Assembly (NCBI GenBank): GCA_947501605.1
Contig: CANMWZ010000016.1
Span: forward strand, 1-64,000
From: Planctomycetota bacterium
GTDB lineage: Bacteria; Planctomycetota; UBA1135; UBA2386
Reading direction: 5' to 3'
Length of the DNA stretch: 64,000 nt
Shown here in pieces: positions 28,282-37,786 of the stretch. Each line of letters starts with the position of its first letter. The first letter of the stretch is position 1. A model generated the notes under the pieces. That model saw nothing but the letters and a program-made list of their open reading frames with translations. It searched no databases and had not been told where the DNA came from. The translations under genes were made by a program, and so were the position numbers.

Positions 28282-28501
28282 CGATGCAGCCGAGACGTCG
28301 TTGGCAGCGCGATTCAGGAATCCGTGGCGGCAGCGTCGAGCCGAACTCGGCTGAAAAAGTGACGACCGCCCAGCGATACGGCGATGCACACCCTTGTCAT
28401 TCTCCGGACGTTGCCGTGGCGCGTAGGCCCCAAGGAGCGCAGGCAGCCAGAAGGCATGTGGATCCGGGCCGCGTAGCTCGGGCCTCAGAATCCCCCACTC
28501 T

Positions 28502-28598
28502 AAAAAAGTCGCCGGCAACCCGTTCCGGCACTGCTGCTTCCGAAACCCTCACTTGAATCGGAAGCGCCGGTTGCCGGGTTGCCGGCCATTCCATGCGC
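28502..28598 (-). ncRNA. Candidate sigma54-dependent rod-shaped small RNA (~95 nt)
   Basis: Nested inverted repeats: 28511-22/28575-86 (12 bp perfect), 28525-29/28566-70 and 28536-43/28558-65, followed by a U6 tract. Confidence 0.55.
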
Positions 28599-28607
28599 AG
28601 GAGAACT

Positions 28608-28624
28608 AGCGAAGCTCGTGCCAA
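28608..28624 (-). promoter_or_regulatory. Sigma54 promoter TTGGCACGAGCTTCGCT
   Basis: GG-N10-GC geometry with a TTGGCACG -24 box and one mismatch in the -12 box (TCGC). Confidence 0.6.
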
Positions 28625-28783
28625 ACGCCCCCTCGCAATCCACCCTCCATGCGCAAGAACTGGTGGCAAGGCGAGTTAAAGTCAGATGTGCCCACCGCTA
28701 GGGGGTCCTTGGACGGGCTGACCGAGCTGAATCCCCGGCACATTCAGGACCGGATCCTCCCTACTTTTCAATCCGGGAAGGCG

Positions 28784-29710
28784 TCACTGGAGACGGAAGT
28801 CGCGGTCCGCGGTGGCCGCTCCCGGCTCAAACCGGAGCACTTCAAGGGTCGTGGCCGGCCGCCCGAGCTGGTCAACGTAGACCCGCCGAAAGGGAACCAG
28901 GACGCCCGCCACCTCGCGCCAATCCTCGAGCAAGACCCGACGCCGCTGCCCCGATCGTGCCAGCGTGTGCACAAACTCGCGAGGCGGCCCACCGGCGGCA
29001 GCGACCCAGAGCTCAAAAGTATCGACGGGTGGCGCGCCCTCGGGACTGGGCCCGATGGCATCCCCGTGGCTCTTTGCTTGGAGCCGTACGCGCAGCAGTT
29101 CCTCGCCGGACAGGCTCACCAAGTCAGATGCCGTCTCCACGAACTTCTGGCCATCGGCGAACGCCCAGGGCAGCCGAGCCTGGAGCCCGAACAGGCCTAG
29201 CTCATCCGCTGACTGCTCCGCCAACGACAGCCTCTGCATCCCGTGCCGCTGGGCGAAAATGGAGGTGCCGAGGCGCCCGATAACGCGACCATCCGCGAAC
29301 GTGAGCCGATCGCGATCCACCACCGAGGCGTCAGCCAACTGCGTGAACTCACGCACGCCGATTGTCTCCCCCAGCGGACCGTGCACCGAGAGACGCCACC
29401 AGATAGTGATGCCTCCAAGCGAGCGAAAGGCACTCGGCGATCGCACGGCGGTGAAGATCTGCGGCAGGGCTGACGCCGTGTCCGCCGGACGCACACCCTG
29501 TTCGACCGGTTGCGCGGCCTCCGTCTCCACAATGCGGGGGGCGGTCTCTCCAACCGGGGAAGCGGGCGGTGCCAGCGGGCGCCGAGGCTCGTCAGGCAGG
29601 ACCGGCCAACCTCGTTCGTCGATTGTGACACCGATCGGATCCGCCTTGGGAGCCCGAGCTGGAACTGGGACCGGGTCCTGCAACACCACGCACAGCAACA
29701 GGGAGATCAC
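28784..29710 (-). CDS. Hypothetical exported protein
   Basis: Short hydrophobic N-terminus, Pro-rich linker, beta-rich C-terminus (EDWREVAGVLVPFRR); start estimated. Confidence 0.65.
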   Translation of the reverse strand: MISLLLCVVLQDPVPVPARAPKADPIGVTIDERGWPVLPDEPRRPLAPPASPVGETAPRIVETEAAQPVEQGVRPADTASALPQIFTAVRSPSAFRSLGGITIWWRLSVHGPLGETIGVREFTQLADASVVDRDRLTFADGRVIGRLGTSIFAQRHGMQRLSLAEQSADELGLFGLQARLPWAFADGQKFVETASDLVSLSGEELLRVRLQAKSHGDAIGPSPEGAPPVDTFELWVAAAGGPPREFVHTLARSGQRRRVLLEDWREVAGVLVPFRRVYVDQLGRPATTLEVLRFEPGAATADRDFRLQ

Positions 29711-29815
29711 GCCGATGCCATCGGCACAATCGCACCCCCGAGTTGATGCCAGTTGCACGGCGCGACCCGCCTGACACTTCCTTGCACCCTCGTGCCCCCC
29801 GATGCTGTGCCAGCC

Positions 29816-31582
29816 ATGCCATCGCACGTCCGCTGCTCGCTGCTCGTGCTGCTGCCCATCTGGTTACTGCCCATTTGGACGGCCTGCTCGGGCGCGCCGC
29901 TCACGCCCGGAGCACTGATCGTCCCGCGCGACATGTCTGTGCTCGTGTCCTTGCCCGCCGGCACCGTTCTGCGCCTCGCCGGCAGCGAAGGCGCACCTAC
30001 GATTCGAGCGACAGGGGAAGTCGCCGATGGTCTCCTGCGCGAAGCGATGCGGCAGTCGAGCTACTTCGATGTCGCCGCTGGCCCAGTTGCCGCCCGCACC
30101 GGTGTCACGCCATCCGTGCGCATCCAGTTCGACGGCGCAACGGGCATCGCCAGTGCGCATCTCGATCACACGGGACAGGCGCGGCACCTCACCAGCATCA
30201 GCATGGGCCAGCGGCGCTTGGTTGAGGTCATCGATGAACTCGCCATCCAGGTTCGACTCGCGCTGGGCGATCCGATCGACGAACAACCTTTGCCACTCCA
30301 ACGGATCTACAGCGACAACCTGGAGGCCGTCGCCGGCTGCGAGGCGGCGCTGTCGCTGGCGCGCGAAGGCAACTTTGACGCCGCCGCAGCCCGACTCATC
30401 GCAGTTCGTCGCAATGATGGTGGCTCGTCCTTCCTGCTCGAGTGCATGGCTAGCATCGCTGTCATCCAGGGCAACGCAGCCCAGGCACGACGACTCGCAC
30501 AAGAAGCGCTCGGACTCCAGCGACGCACCAGTCCCACCACAACGCACCGTCTCTTGCGCACATTGCTGCTCGCACGGGCCTCGCTCGAACCGCAGCTCGC
30601 GACCAGCTACGACCAGGAAGTCCTGACCCTCGCGCAAGTTGCTGCGCGCGAACGCCCGCACGACCCGGAGGTGCGCATTACTGCCGGCATCGCCCGGAAC
30701 TTCCTGGGTCAGTTCGACGAGGCCTACCGCATCCTGAAGCCTCTCGCCGAGCGCCTGCACGATCACCCCAGCGCGCACTACCACCTTGGTTGGGCCGCAC
30801 TTGGCAGCAACCGCGGCGCCGAGGCAGCAGCCGCGTTTGCGATCGCTGCACGCGGGCTGCCGGCACGTGTCATCGTCGTGCCAAGATCGATCGCGCTGTG
30901 GACCGCGGGGAACCAAGATGAACTCCGCCGCATGCTCGATGATGTGGCCTCGGATCCAGCCGTACGCGCCGGTACCGCACTTCACGAAGTGCTGCGCATG
31001 CGTGCCGCGCACGAAATTCTCTGTGGGAACACGGACGCCGGTATGCAACACGTCTTCGCAGACCTGGACTGGTTGCTCCTGCACCCTGCGATCCTCGAGG
31101 AACGCGCCGGGGAACTCGCAGAAGTCGCGGAGACGGCGGTGCGACTAGGCTATGGCCAGCGGCTGCGGCCCTGCCTTTCCTCGGTGCTGGATCGCGAATC
31201 GAACACGCTTCTCGCCGATGCCTGTACCTACGGTCTCGGACTCGTCGAAGCCGCGGCCAAGCAAACACGGGCGCGAGCAAGTGAGGACAACCTGAGACGA
31301 CGCGGTGCCGGCTTCTGGGCCGATGCGCTGCGTGCATTCGGCAATCAGCAGCGAGGAGAACTGGCAGCGGAACAGGAAGCGCTCGGGGCGGCGGCCGCAC
31401 AGTCGTCGAGCCCCCTGATTACCGCAGCATTGGTGTCGAACCTACGCGCCCAGGGTCGCAATGAGGAAGCGGCTACTCTGCGCCGGGCGATGCGTCGTGA
31501 GCTGACGAGCTTGCACATGCGCCGAAAACTCGTCCATCCGCTTCTCGGCCCAGAACTGGCCTTTCCATGGCTTGCACCCTGA
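29816..31582 (+). CDS. TPR-like putative lipoprotein
   Basis: Signal peptide with WTAC; Ala/Leu-rich helical repeats (AHYHLGWAAL). Confidence 0.7.
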   Translation: MPSHVRCSLLVLLPIWLLPIWTACSGAPLTPGALIVPRDMSVLVSLPAGTVLRLAGSEGAPTIRATGEVADGLLREAMRQSSYFDVAAGPVAARTGVTPSVRIQFDGATGIASAHLDHTGQARHLTSISMGQRRLVEVIDELAIQVRLALGDPIDEQPLPLQRIYSDNLEAVAGCEAALSLAREGNFDAAAARLIAVRRNDGGSSFLLECMASIAVIQGNAAQARRLAQEALGLQRRTSPTTTHRLLRTLLLARASLEPQLATSYDQEVLTLAQVAARERPHDPEVRITAGIARNFLGQFDEAYRILKPLAERLHDHPSAHYHLGWAALGSNRGAEAAAAFAIAARGLPARVIVVPRSIALWTAGNQDELRRMLDDVASDPAVRAGTALHEVLRMRAAHEILCGNTDAGMQHVFADLDWLLLHPAILEERAGELAEVAETAVRLGYGQRLRPCLSSVLDRESNTLLADACTYGLGLVEAAAKQTRARASEDNLRRRGAGFWADALRAFGNQQRGELAAEQEALGAAAAQSSSPLITAALVSNLRAQGRNEEAATLRRAMRRELTSLHMRRKLVHPLLGPELAFPWLAP

Positions 31583-31615
31583 AGGTGACTGGCCTGCTCG
31601 TGAGCGAGACAAGCC

Positions 31616-32434
31616 TCAGTTGCAGAGCAGCAACCGACAACTCTGACGTGGCTCCATGCCCGCGTGCTCGTAGGCACGGCGCGCGGGCAGATTGGTAGCA
31701 GACACGTGCAGGCATACAACAGGACCGTTGGCAGCACTCGCGGCCGCCGAGACCAACGCCGCCGCGTGTCCCTTCCCGCGTGCCGCAGGAAACGTGTAGA
31801 CCCCCTCCAACACGACGCCTGCCGGACCGTAGCTGCCAAGATCGAGCTTGCAGTAGAAGCCGCCCTCAGGGCCGATCACCAAACTCGTCCCGTCGTTGAT
31901 TCGAGCCGTCACCGATTCGCGCAGCCACCGTCGATCGACTCGTTCAGGCGCGACGTTGAGGTCACTGCGGTTCAGTTCGAGTGCCGCCGCCATCAACCGA
32001 TCGCGATCCGCTCGAACGGCGCGACGGGAGTCCACGGCAGCCGGGAGCCGCGCGACTCGTTGCGGTTCGGTCCCGTAGTAGATCTGGTCGCGCAACACCA
32101 AAGGCGGACCAGAGAGCCGCGTGGCCAGGGCATCAATCGGCGCCTTCGGGCCGAGCGCGATGCGCCACGGCCAGCGCGCAAGCTGCACGGCATCGGCGAC
32201 AAGTGTGGGATCGAGGGGTTCACGCTCGACCAACACCATGTTGCCTCGCGGCCCGAACCAAGCGCACCCTAACAGTCCCTCGCGGCCCCAGAGCGCAAGG
32301 GTCTCACCCAGGCCGGCACGCAAATCGTTCTGGAGGTAGACGCCATGCAGGCCGGCCTCTGCCGCCAGTGCGAGCGCTTCGCTCCGCAGAGAGGCATCCA
32401 GCGGCCTGGCTGCAAACGGTGGGAAACTCGACAT
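31616..32434 (-). CDS. GNAT family N-acetyltransferase
   Basis: GVYTFPAARGKGHA acetyl-CoA motif and CLHVSATNLPARRAYEHAG. Confidence 0.85.
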   Translation of the reverse strand: MSSFPPFAARPLDASLRSEALALAAEAGLHGVYLQNDLRAGLGETLALWGREGLLGCAWFGPRGNMVLVEREPLDPTLVADAVQLARWPWRIALGPKAPIDALATRLSGPPLVLRDQIYYGTEPQRVARLPAAVDSRRAVRADRDRLMAAALELNRSDLNVAPERVDRRWLRESVTARINDGTSLVIGPEGGFYCKLDLGSYGPAGVVLEGVYTFPAARGKGHAAALVSAAASAANGPVVCLHVSATNLPARRAYEHAGMEPRQSCRLLLCN

Positions 32435-32440
32435 CGACGC

Positions 32441-32468
32441 TCAAGATTCCCGCGGCATCGCCCGATCA
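32441..32468 (+). promoter_or_regulatory. Sigma28-like promoter TCAAG-N15-CCCGATCA
   Basis: Intergenic, 19 nt before ATG 32488, with GAGGAG in between. Confidence 0.55.
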
Positions 32469-32487
32469 GCAACGTTCCATCGAGGAG

Positions 32488-32829
32488 ATGTCCGTGGATC
32501 CAACAGTCAACTTCCCCCACGACCCGCGTGAACTGGACCTCGGCGCACGCCACCACTGGTGCCAGCGTCTTGTCGCCCAGCAGCGATCCTGGCTCACCCG
32601 CATGTGTTCACTGGCCGAGCCGAAGCCCGCCGCGGACTTCCCCGCGTTCTTGCTCGCGACGCCCCCCTTCACCGCGTTGGCTTCACGCCTCGCCGTTGCC
32701 GTCACGCGTTCCGATCTGCCGACGGCTACCCAAGATGAGGTCGATCGCTTCGTCGACGCCTTCGGTGACTATCTGCGCACCAAAAAGGGCGAAGATGTGT
32801 TCGACCGCAACGCGCGCCGCGCAGGTTGA
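32488..32829 (+). CDS. Hypothetical protein (113 aa)
   Basis: MSVDPTVNFPHDPRELD...; GAGGAG upstream; fills the gap with coding-like codon usage. Confidence 0.65.
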   Translation: MSVDPTVNFPHDPRELDLGARHHWCQRLVAQQRSWLTRMCSLAEPKPAADFPAFLLATPPFTALASRLAVAVTRSDLPTATQDEVDRFVDAFGDYLRTKKGEDVFDRNARRAG

Positions 32830-32838
32830 GTACTGTCA

Positions 32839-32940
32839 TCACCTCGGCGAGATCGAGGGCAAACCAAGGTCAGCAACGACCGCCGCGTAGAGGGCCGACT
32901 CCTTGCTGCGGCAGTTCGCCGGGAGCTTCGTCGGATCCAT
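32839..32940 (-). CDS. Putative small protein (33 aa) MDPTKLPANCRSKESALYAAVVADLGLPSISPR
   Basis: GAGGTGACGAGG upstream of the ATG, tandem TGA TGA stop, mostly G/C third positions; below the ORF-track cutoff. Confidence 0.4.
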   Translation of the reverse strand: MDPTKLPANCRSKESALYAAVVADLGLPSISPR

Positions 32941-33086
32941 GTCGGCCTCGTCACCTCAATCAGGGCGTATGGTCGCGCTGAGCGGCGAAAGGGCGACGGT
33001 GGACTCAATGCCCATGGGGGGCCAGTGTCGCATCGCGCTGGTGGGGCCCGCGAACCGCTGCACGTCTGCGAGCGATGCTCGCCACG

Positions 33087-33482
33087 TCAGTCTCCACGCA
33101 GCCGAGTTGCAATCGCCAGGGCCACCGTCGGATCCAGTGGCTCGCCGTCAAGTCCTGGTACCTGTCCGGCAGCATCCGTAGGGATCAAATGCACGTGTGC
33201 ATGGCGCACAACCCAACCGATGACGCTGACGCAAACGCGCGCGCAGGGTAGACGTTCACGCATCGCTCGCCCGATGTCACGGACGAACGCCCAGAGCGCA
33301 GCGTGCTGGGTTGCATCAAGATCGAACACGCTGTCGACGACGTCGCGCGTCACGACGATCACGTGCCCGGCTCGCGCGGGACGCGGTGCCAGGAACGCGA
33401 GATGCCTCGCATCTTCTCGGATGCGTAGCGCAGGCGTACGACCCTCGACAAGGTCGGCAAACGTCGGCGATTGACTTGTCAT
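33087..33482 (-). CDS. HIT family hydrolase
   Basis: GHVIVV and the histidine triad [14 protein letters not shown] overlap with the upstream gene. Confidence 0.88.
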   Translation of the reverse strand: MTSQSPTFADLVEGRTPALRIREDARHLAFLAPRPARAGHVIVVTRDVVDSVFDLDATQHAALWAFVRDIGRAMRERLPCARVCVSVIGWVVRHAHVHLIPTDAAGQVPGLDGEPLDPTVALAIATRLRGD

Positions 33483-35653
33483 CGGAACACTTCCGATGGC
33501 ACCGTCACCGGAGCGCCGCAGACTCCACGACGGCAAACGTAAGCCGCAGGGATGCCGTCCCGTGGCACCTTGCCGACAAAGACCGGAGAAAGTGCTTCGA
33601 GCGCCGCTCGATTTCCGTCATGCACCAGCGCCAGCACGCAATCACGCGGGAACCGGCGGTGCACAGTCGCGAGGAGTGCCTGCGTGCGCGCATCGTCCGG
33701 CGGCCCAGCCACGACCACTTCGCGCGGGTCGCTCTGTGCGAACTGAAGAGCGAGCACAAGAGAAGGTACAGCAATCGGAGACGTACCGAGCAGCGCGGCA
33801 TTAGCCCGTAGCAGGCGCTTTCCGCGCTCGTACATCGCGTCGTCGGCCAACAAGAGCCCGGCACGCAGCATTGCGCGAGCGGCCATCGCCGCACCCGAAG
33901 GCGTGCTCGATTCCGTGGGGCTCTTGCTTCGCGCGAGGAGCGCTTCGTGGTCGTCGCTGGTGAAGTAGAACCCACCATCCTGCTCGTCAGCATAGTGAGA
34001 CACCATCGTCGTCAGGAGGGAGCGCGCAGCCTCAAGCCACCGTGGATCCGCATCGGCTTCGAACAGCGTGATGAGAGCGTCCGCGACAAAACCGTAGTCC
34101 TCGAGAAACGCCGGGCCCTGCGCCTTGCCGCTATGCCAACTGCGACGCAATCGGCCCTCGACCAGCATGGACTCGAGCACGAACGAGGCGGCTCGCTGCG
34201 CAGCTTCCAGATACCTTCGATCTCCGAGTACCTGATAGCCACTCGCACACGCTGTGATGGCCATGCCATTCCACGCCGCGAGGATCTTGTCGTCGGTGGC
34301 AGGGCGGACGCGCTTCTCACGGGCCGCCAGCAACAGCCTGCGCGCGCGCTCGGTGCGCGCCTCGACGGAAGCGACGTCACCACCCAATTCCTCGGCGAGC
34401 TCCGCCGGCGACCGGGCGTCACTGAGCACATTCGTGTGTTCCCAATTACCGCTAGCACTAGCACCCCATCGGCTCGAAGCCAGCGCGGCATCCTCACCGA
34501 CGATGGCCGTCATCTCTGCGAGCTGCCAGACGAAGAACTTGCCTTCGACCCCTTCGCTGTCGGCATCTTGGCTCGACCAGAAGCCACCGGAAGGGCCTTG
34601 AAGCTCCTTCAGCATGAAGTCGAGAGTCTGCCGCGCGATCTTGGCATGCAGTGCATCACCGCTCAGCAACTGCGCCTCCAGGTAGGCTGGCACCAACAAG
34701 GCGTTGTCGTAGAGCATCTTCTCGAAGTGCGGCACCAGCCACTCGCGGTCGGTGCTGTAGCGGTGGAAACCGAAACCGAGTTGGTCATACATCCCCCCCT
34801 TCGCCATGCGATCGAGGGTGGTGAATGCCATGGTGCGTGCGCGCTCGTCGCCCACCTGAGCAAGTCGAAGCAACACATGCAACTCGGAGGCGTGCGGGAA
34901 CTTCGGTGCGAACCGAGGCGCGGCAGCAAAACCGCCGTGCAAGTCGTCATATCGTTGCTCGGACTGCGAACGCATCGTCATCGCAACTTCAGCAGGCAGT
35001 TCGCCAGGTTGAGCCTCAGGCTCTAGGACCTTCTGCAGATGGTCGGTCAACTGCTGCGCACCTCGCACGCAATCCTCTCGCCGTTCTCGCCAGACCTTGG
35101 CCAGCTGCTGCAGGACACGAGGGAAGCCGGGCCGCGAATCCATGTCTCTCGGCGGATAATAGGTCCCCCCGAAGAAAGGCTTGAGCTCAGGAGTCAGCCA
35201 CACGGACATGGGCCAGCCACCCTGCCCCGTCATTGCCTGCACCGCCGCCATGTAGATCTCGTCGATTTCCGGCCTCTCCTCGCGGTCCACCTTGATGCAG
35301 ATGAAGTTGGCGTTCATCAATGCCGCCGTCGCGTCGCTCTCGAAGCTCTCGCTCTCCATGACGTGACACCAGTGACACGCCGAGTAGCCGACGCTCAAGA
35401 AGATGGGCTTGTCTTCGAGCTTGCTGCGCTCCAGCGCTTCCTTTCCCCAGGGGTACCAGTCGACGGGGTTGGTCGCGTGCTGGCGCAAATAGGGCGAGGT
35501 CTCGCTGGCAAGTCGATTCAGCTTCTTCGACGACACTGGCTGCGCCTCCGGTTCTTGGGTCGGTTCCTGCTGCGATGCAGCCGAACCGACGACGAGGGCC
35601 ACTCCGAGAGCCAGCAGGGCATCGCGCCAGATCGTGCAGAGGGAGTCGGCCAT
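33479..35653 (-). CDS. Thioredoxin-domain protein, YyaL/SSP411 (DUF255) family, with signal peptide
   Basis: [40 protein letters not shown] and [12 protein letters not shown] motifs. Confidence 0.93.
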   Translation of the reverse strand: MADSLCTIWRDALLALGVALVVGSAASQQEPTQEPEAQPVSSKKLNRLASETSPYLRQHATNPVDWYPWGKEALERSKLEDKPIFLSVGYSACHWCHVMESESFESDATAALMNANFICIKVDREERPEIDEIYMAAVQAMTGQGGWPMSVWLTPELKPFFGGTYYPPRDMDSRPGFPRVLQQLAKVWRERREDCVRGAQQLTDHLQKVLEPEAQPGELPAEVAMTMRSQSEQRYDDLHGGFAAAPRFAPKFPHASELHVLLRLAQVGDERARTMAFTTLDRMAKGGMYDQLGFGFHRYSTDREWLVPHFEKMLYDNALLVPAYLEAQLLSGDALHAKIARQTLDFMLKELQGPSGGFWSSQDADSEGVEGKFFVWQLAEMTAIVGEDAALASSRWGASASGNWEHTNVLSDARSPAELAEELGGDVASVEARTERARRLLLAAREKRVRPATDDKILAAWNGMAITACASGYQVLGDRRYLEAAQRAASFVLESMLVEGRLRRSWHSGKAQGPAFLEDYGFVADALITLFEADADPRWLEAARSLLTTMVSHYADEQDGGFYFTSDDHEALLARSKSPTESSTPSGAAMAARAMLRAGLLLADDAMYERGKRLLRANAALLGTSPIAVPSLVLALQFAQSDPREVVVAGPPDDARTQALLATVHRRFPRDCVLALVHDGNRAALEALSPVFVGKVPRDGIPAAYVCRRGVCGAPVTVPSEVFR

Positions 35654-35693
35654 TGGCACGACTCTACGCTCGACCCGTGTGTCCTCAAATGCG

Positions 35694-35729
35694 AACCGCC
35701 GCGGCTGCTCGAGGCAGCACGCGGCGGTT
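35694..35729 (-). terminator. GC-rich hairpin closing the actin-like operon
   Basis: AACCGCCGCG / CGCGGCGGTT 10-bp inverted repeat 30 nt after the stop codon; weak U-tract. Confidence 0.5.
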
Positions 35730-35758
35730 GCGGCAACTGAACTAGCGTCTTGTGCGAA

Positions 35759-36805
35759 TCAGGACTCGCCGATGGCCGCGGCCACCAGGCAGCCCTTCGC
35801 CACCGCAGTCAGTGCCTCGTCGCTGCGGAAGATGCGCCCAACCGGGATCGGGAACGCGATCTTCGCGAACTCCTCGCGGAACACTTCAATGAACCCGCCC
35901 ACCAGTGACGTGCCGCCAGCACATGCGATGTCGATTGGCTGCTGGAAGCTCGGCATGTTCCTGCCGGATTCGAACCGTGCCTTGATGTTCGTCAATACGT
36001 AGCTGATGAGGCTGCGGTAGTAGATCGAGACCGCTTCTTCCTCGCGGCTCTTCGGATCGCGAATATCGATGCCGCGTTCCTTGATGTAGGCCGCCTTGCT
36101 CCGCGGAACACCGAGGACGTGCGCCACGTTCTTGTCGATCCAGTCGCCGCCGCGGGCAACCGAGAACGACAGACAGGGGATCGACTTGTACGAAATGCAG
36201 GCGTTGGCCATGCCGCCGCCAAAGCTCAACCCGATACCGGTGAAATCGCTCTCCGCCAGTTCGGCGAAGATGACTGCATGAGCCTCGTTTATTGCATGGG
36301 CGGTGTAGCCCATCTTGTTGATCATGCTCTCGAAGAGGCCCTGGTGGTAGACAACGTTGTTGTCGACGTCGAGCGAAGGGGCCGGCACGCAGAAATAGCA
36401 GTTCTCGCCGGCCTGACGCGGCTCGCCGAGAATCTTGCTGATGATCAGCTTCATCATCGGCAGTGCATCAACCTCGTTCGGGCTGACGAGGCCATCTTGC
36501 ATCGGACGACGCGTCTCACGACCGAACACGTTCGCAAGTTCGAAGGCAGCCTCCCCGATGACGACCAACTTGCCGTTGTGCACTACGTAGGGCACCTTCA
36601 GCTTGGTCAGCATGTTCTTGCTGTAGACGTCGCTCGGGATGTCGAGGAACGCGTTGCGTTCCACGGTCACCGTGATGCCGCCTTCGTCATTCTGAACGGC
36701 CGCCGCGAGATTCGCGGTGCCGACGTCGAGGCCCTTGCCGAGCGCGACTTCCGTGTCGGCGCTATGATCGGTGGCGCGCAGGTTCTTGTTTTGATTGTCA
36801 GTCAT
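35759..36805 (-). CDS. Actin-fold ATPase, volactin-like (not MreB, FtsA or DnaK)
   Basis: Phosphate-1 GLDVGTAN, connect-1 INEAHAV, phosphate-2 GLSFGGGMAN, RGGDWID, adenosine ACAGGTS and connect-2 AVAKGCL; AGGAAG RBS. Confidence 0.88.
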   Translation of the reverse strand: MTDNQNKNLRATDHSADTEVALGKGLDVGTANLAAAVQNDEGGITVTVERNAFLDIPSDVYSKNMLTKLKVPYVVHNGKLVVIGEAAFELANVFGRETRRPMQDGLVSPNEVDALPMMKLIISKILGEPRQAGENCYFCVPAPSLDVDNNVVYHQGLFESMINKMGYTAHAINEAHAVIFAELAESDFTGIGLSFGGGMANACISYKSIPCLSFSVARGGDWIDKNVAHVLGVPRSKAAYIKERGIDIRDPKSREEEAVSIYYRSLISYVLTNIKARFESGRNMPSFQQPIDIACAGGTSLVGGFIEVFREEFAKIAFPIPVGRIFRSDEALTAVAKGCLVAAAIGES

Positions 36806-36840
36806 GGTCGTGTGTCTTCCTGATCGTCCCTGCGGCTGGA

Positions 36841-37512
36841 TCAACCGCCGCCCTTGAGTTTCTTCAGGCGCTCCAAGTTGGCGGCGATCCCGCCGCCGAC
36901 CTTCTTCTTGACCTGGATGTTGTCCATGTTGGACTCGAGGTCCTTGCCTGTGTCCTTGAACAGCCCGTCGAACTTGATGTCCTCGCCTTCGACGGCCGCG
37001 CTGATGCCCATTTTCTTGCCGAGTTTCTCCAGCCGGTCGTTGAGGGACCCGGCCAGTTTCTCGATGGCTGCAGAGATGTCTGGCGAACCACCAACCGCCT
37101 GCAGCGTGGTGGAGCCGCTCTGCAGAGTCGCCGGAGCTTGACCCGCGGTTGCCGAGGATCCCTGTGCTGAGGATCGACGCGCGACCTCAAGCTCATTGGT
37201 CAGGCGCTCGATCTCCGCGTCGCGAGTTTGGAGTGCGTCCTGCAGCTCCGCGAGCTTGCCGAGCTCGTCCTCGCGTTCGCGCATCAGCGAACGGAACTCG
37301 TCGCGACTGCGCGCGACCAGACGGTCCGCATCTTCTTTCGGGACGAGGCCCGACGCATCGATCGCGGAATGCACGGCTGCATGGATCATCGCCGCGACGT
37401 GCTCGGCCTTGATCAGACGCACTTTCTTGCGGCCTTCGCTAGCCAGCTGCTCGAGCGTCGCCGTGCGCGATCGCGCCGAGAGTGCGTCCTTTACGTCCTT
37501 GACGGTTTCCAT
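36841..37512 (-). CDS. Coiled-coil protein with amphipathic C-terminal tail, upstream partner of the actin-like gene
   Basis: Heptads REREDELGKLAELQDALQTRDAEIERLTNELE, low-complexity linker, tail ESNMDNIQVKKKVGGGIAANLERLKKLKGGG. Confidence 0.8.
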   Translation of the reverse strand: METVKDVKDALSARSRTATLEQLASEGRKKVRLIKAEHVAAMIHAAVHSAIDASGLVPKEDADRLVARSRDEFRSLMREREDELGKLAELQDALQTRDAEIERLTNELEVARRSSAQGSSATAGQAPATLQSGSTTLQAVGGSPDISAAIEKLAGSLNDRLEKLGKKMGISAAVEGEDIKFDGLFKDTGKDLESNMDNIQVKKKVGGGIAANLERLKKLKGGG

Positions 37513-37550
37513 GCAGTCTTCCGTACGGTGACCGATTGCGGTCACGGCTC

Positions 37551-37578
37551 CTTTCGGAAGGCCTGCAGGAAGACTTGA
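37551..37578 (-). promoter_or_regulatory. Sigma28-like promoter TCAAG-N15-TCCGAAAG
   Basis: Same -35 box and spacing as the other sites, 38 nt upstream of ATG 37512; -10 box is more degenerate. Confidence 0.5.
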
Positions 37579-37786
37579 GCGCCGCAGGGATCGGCAGGTG
37601 CTCACGGAACCGCCCAGCACGGTTGCCGGGCGCTCGAAGGGGGCACTGCGGCAAGACCCGGCGACCGCCCCCTCGCAACCTGCTGAGCTGGACGAGCGCC
37701 GCGCTGCAGTCCGTGCTGTCGTGCTCTACGTGCCGGACGCCAACTCGCCGGTCATGACCAATCCCAACAGCGAGGACCGGAGTGGC

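Noticed and set aside
28015..28518. 168-codon N-terminal extension of the 920-aa ORF
   Set aside because: The lipoprotein signal peptide begins at ATG 28014; the extension is non-coding-like and overlaps the structured RNA candidate.
28530..28545. GGAAGCAGC in the rod-shaped RNA resembling SRP (4.5S) RNA helix 8, with ffh in the window
   Set aside because: The 5' CAGG half and the GNRA tetraloop are absent.
28626..37678. Identical 13-mer CGCCCCCTCGCAA in two intergenic regions (28626-38 and 37666-78)
   Set aside because: Many 13-mer matches are expected by chance in 64 kb of GC-rich DNA, and there is no third copy or fixed spacing to a promoter.
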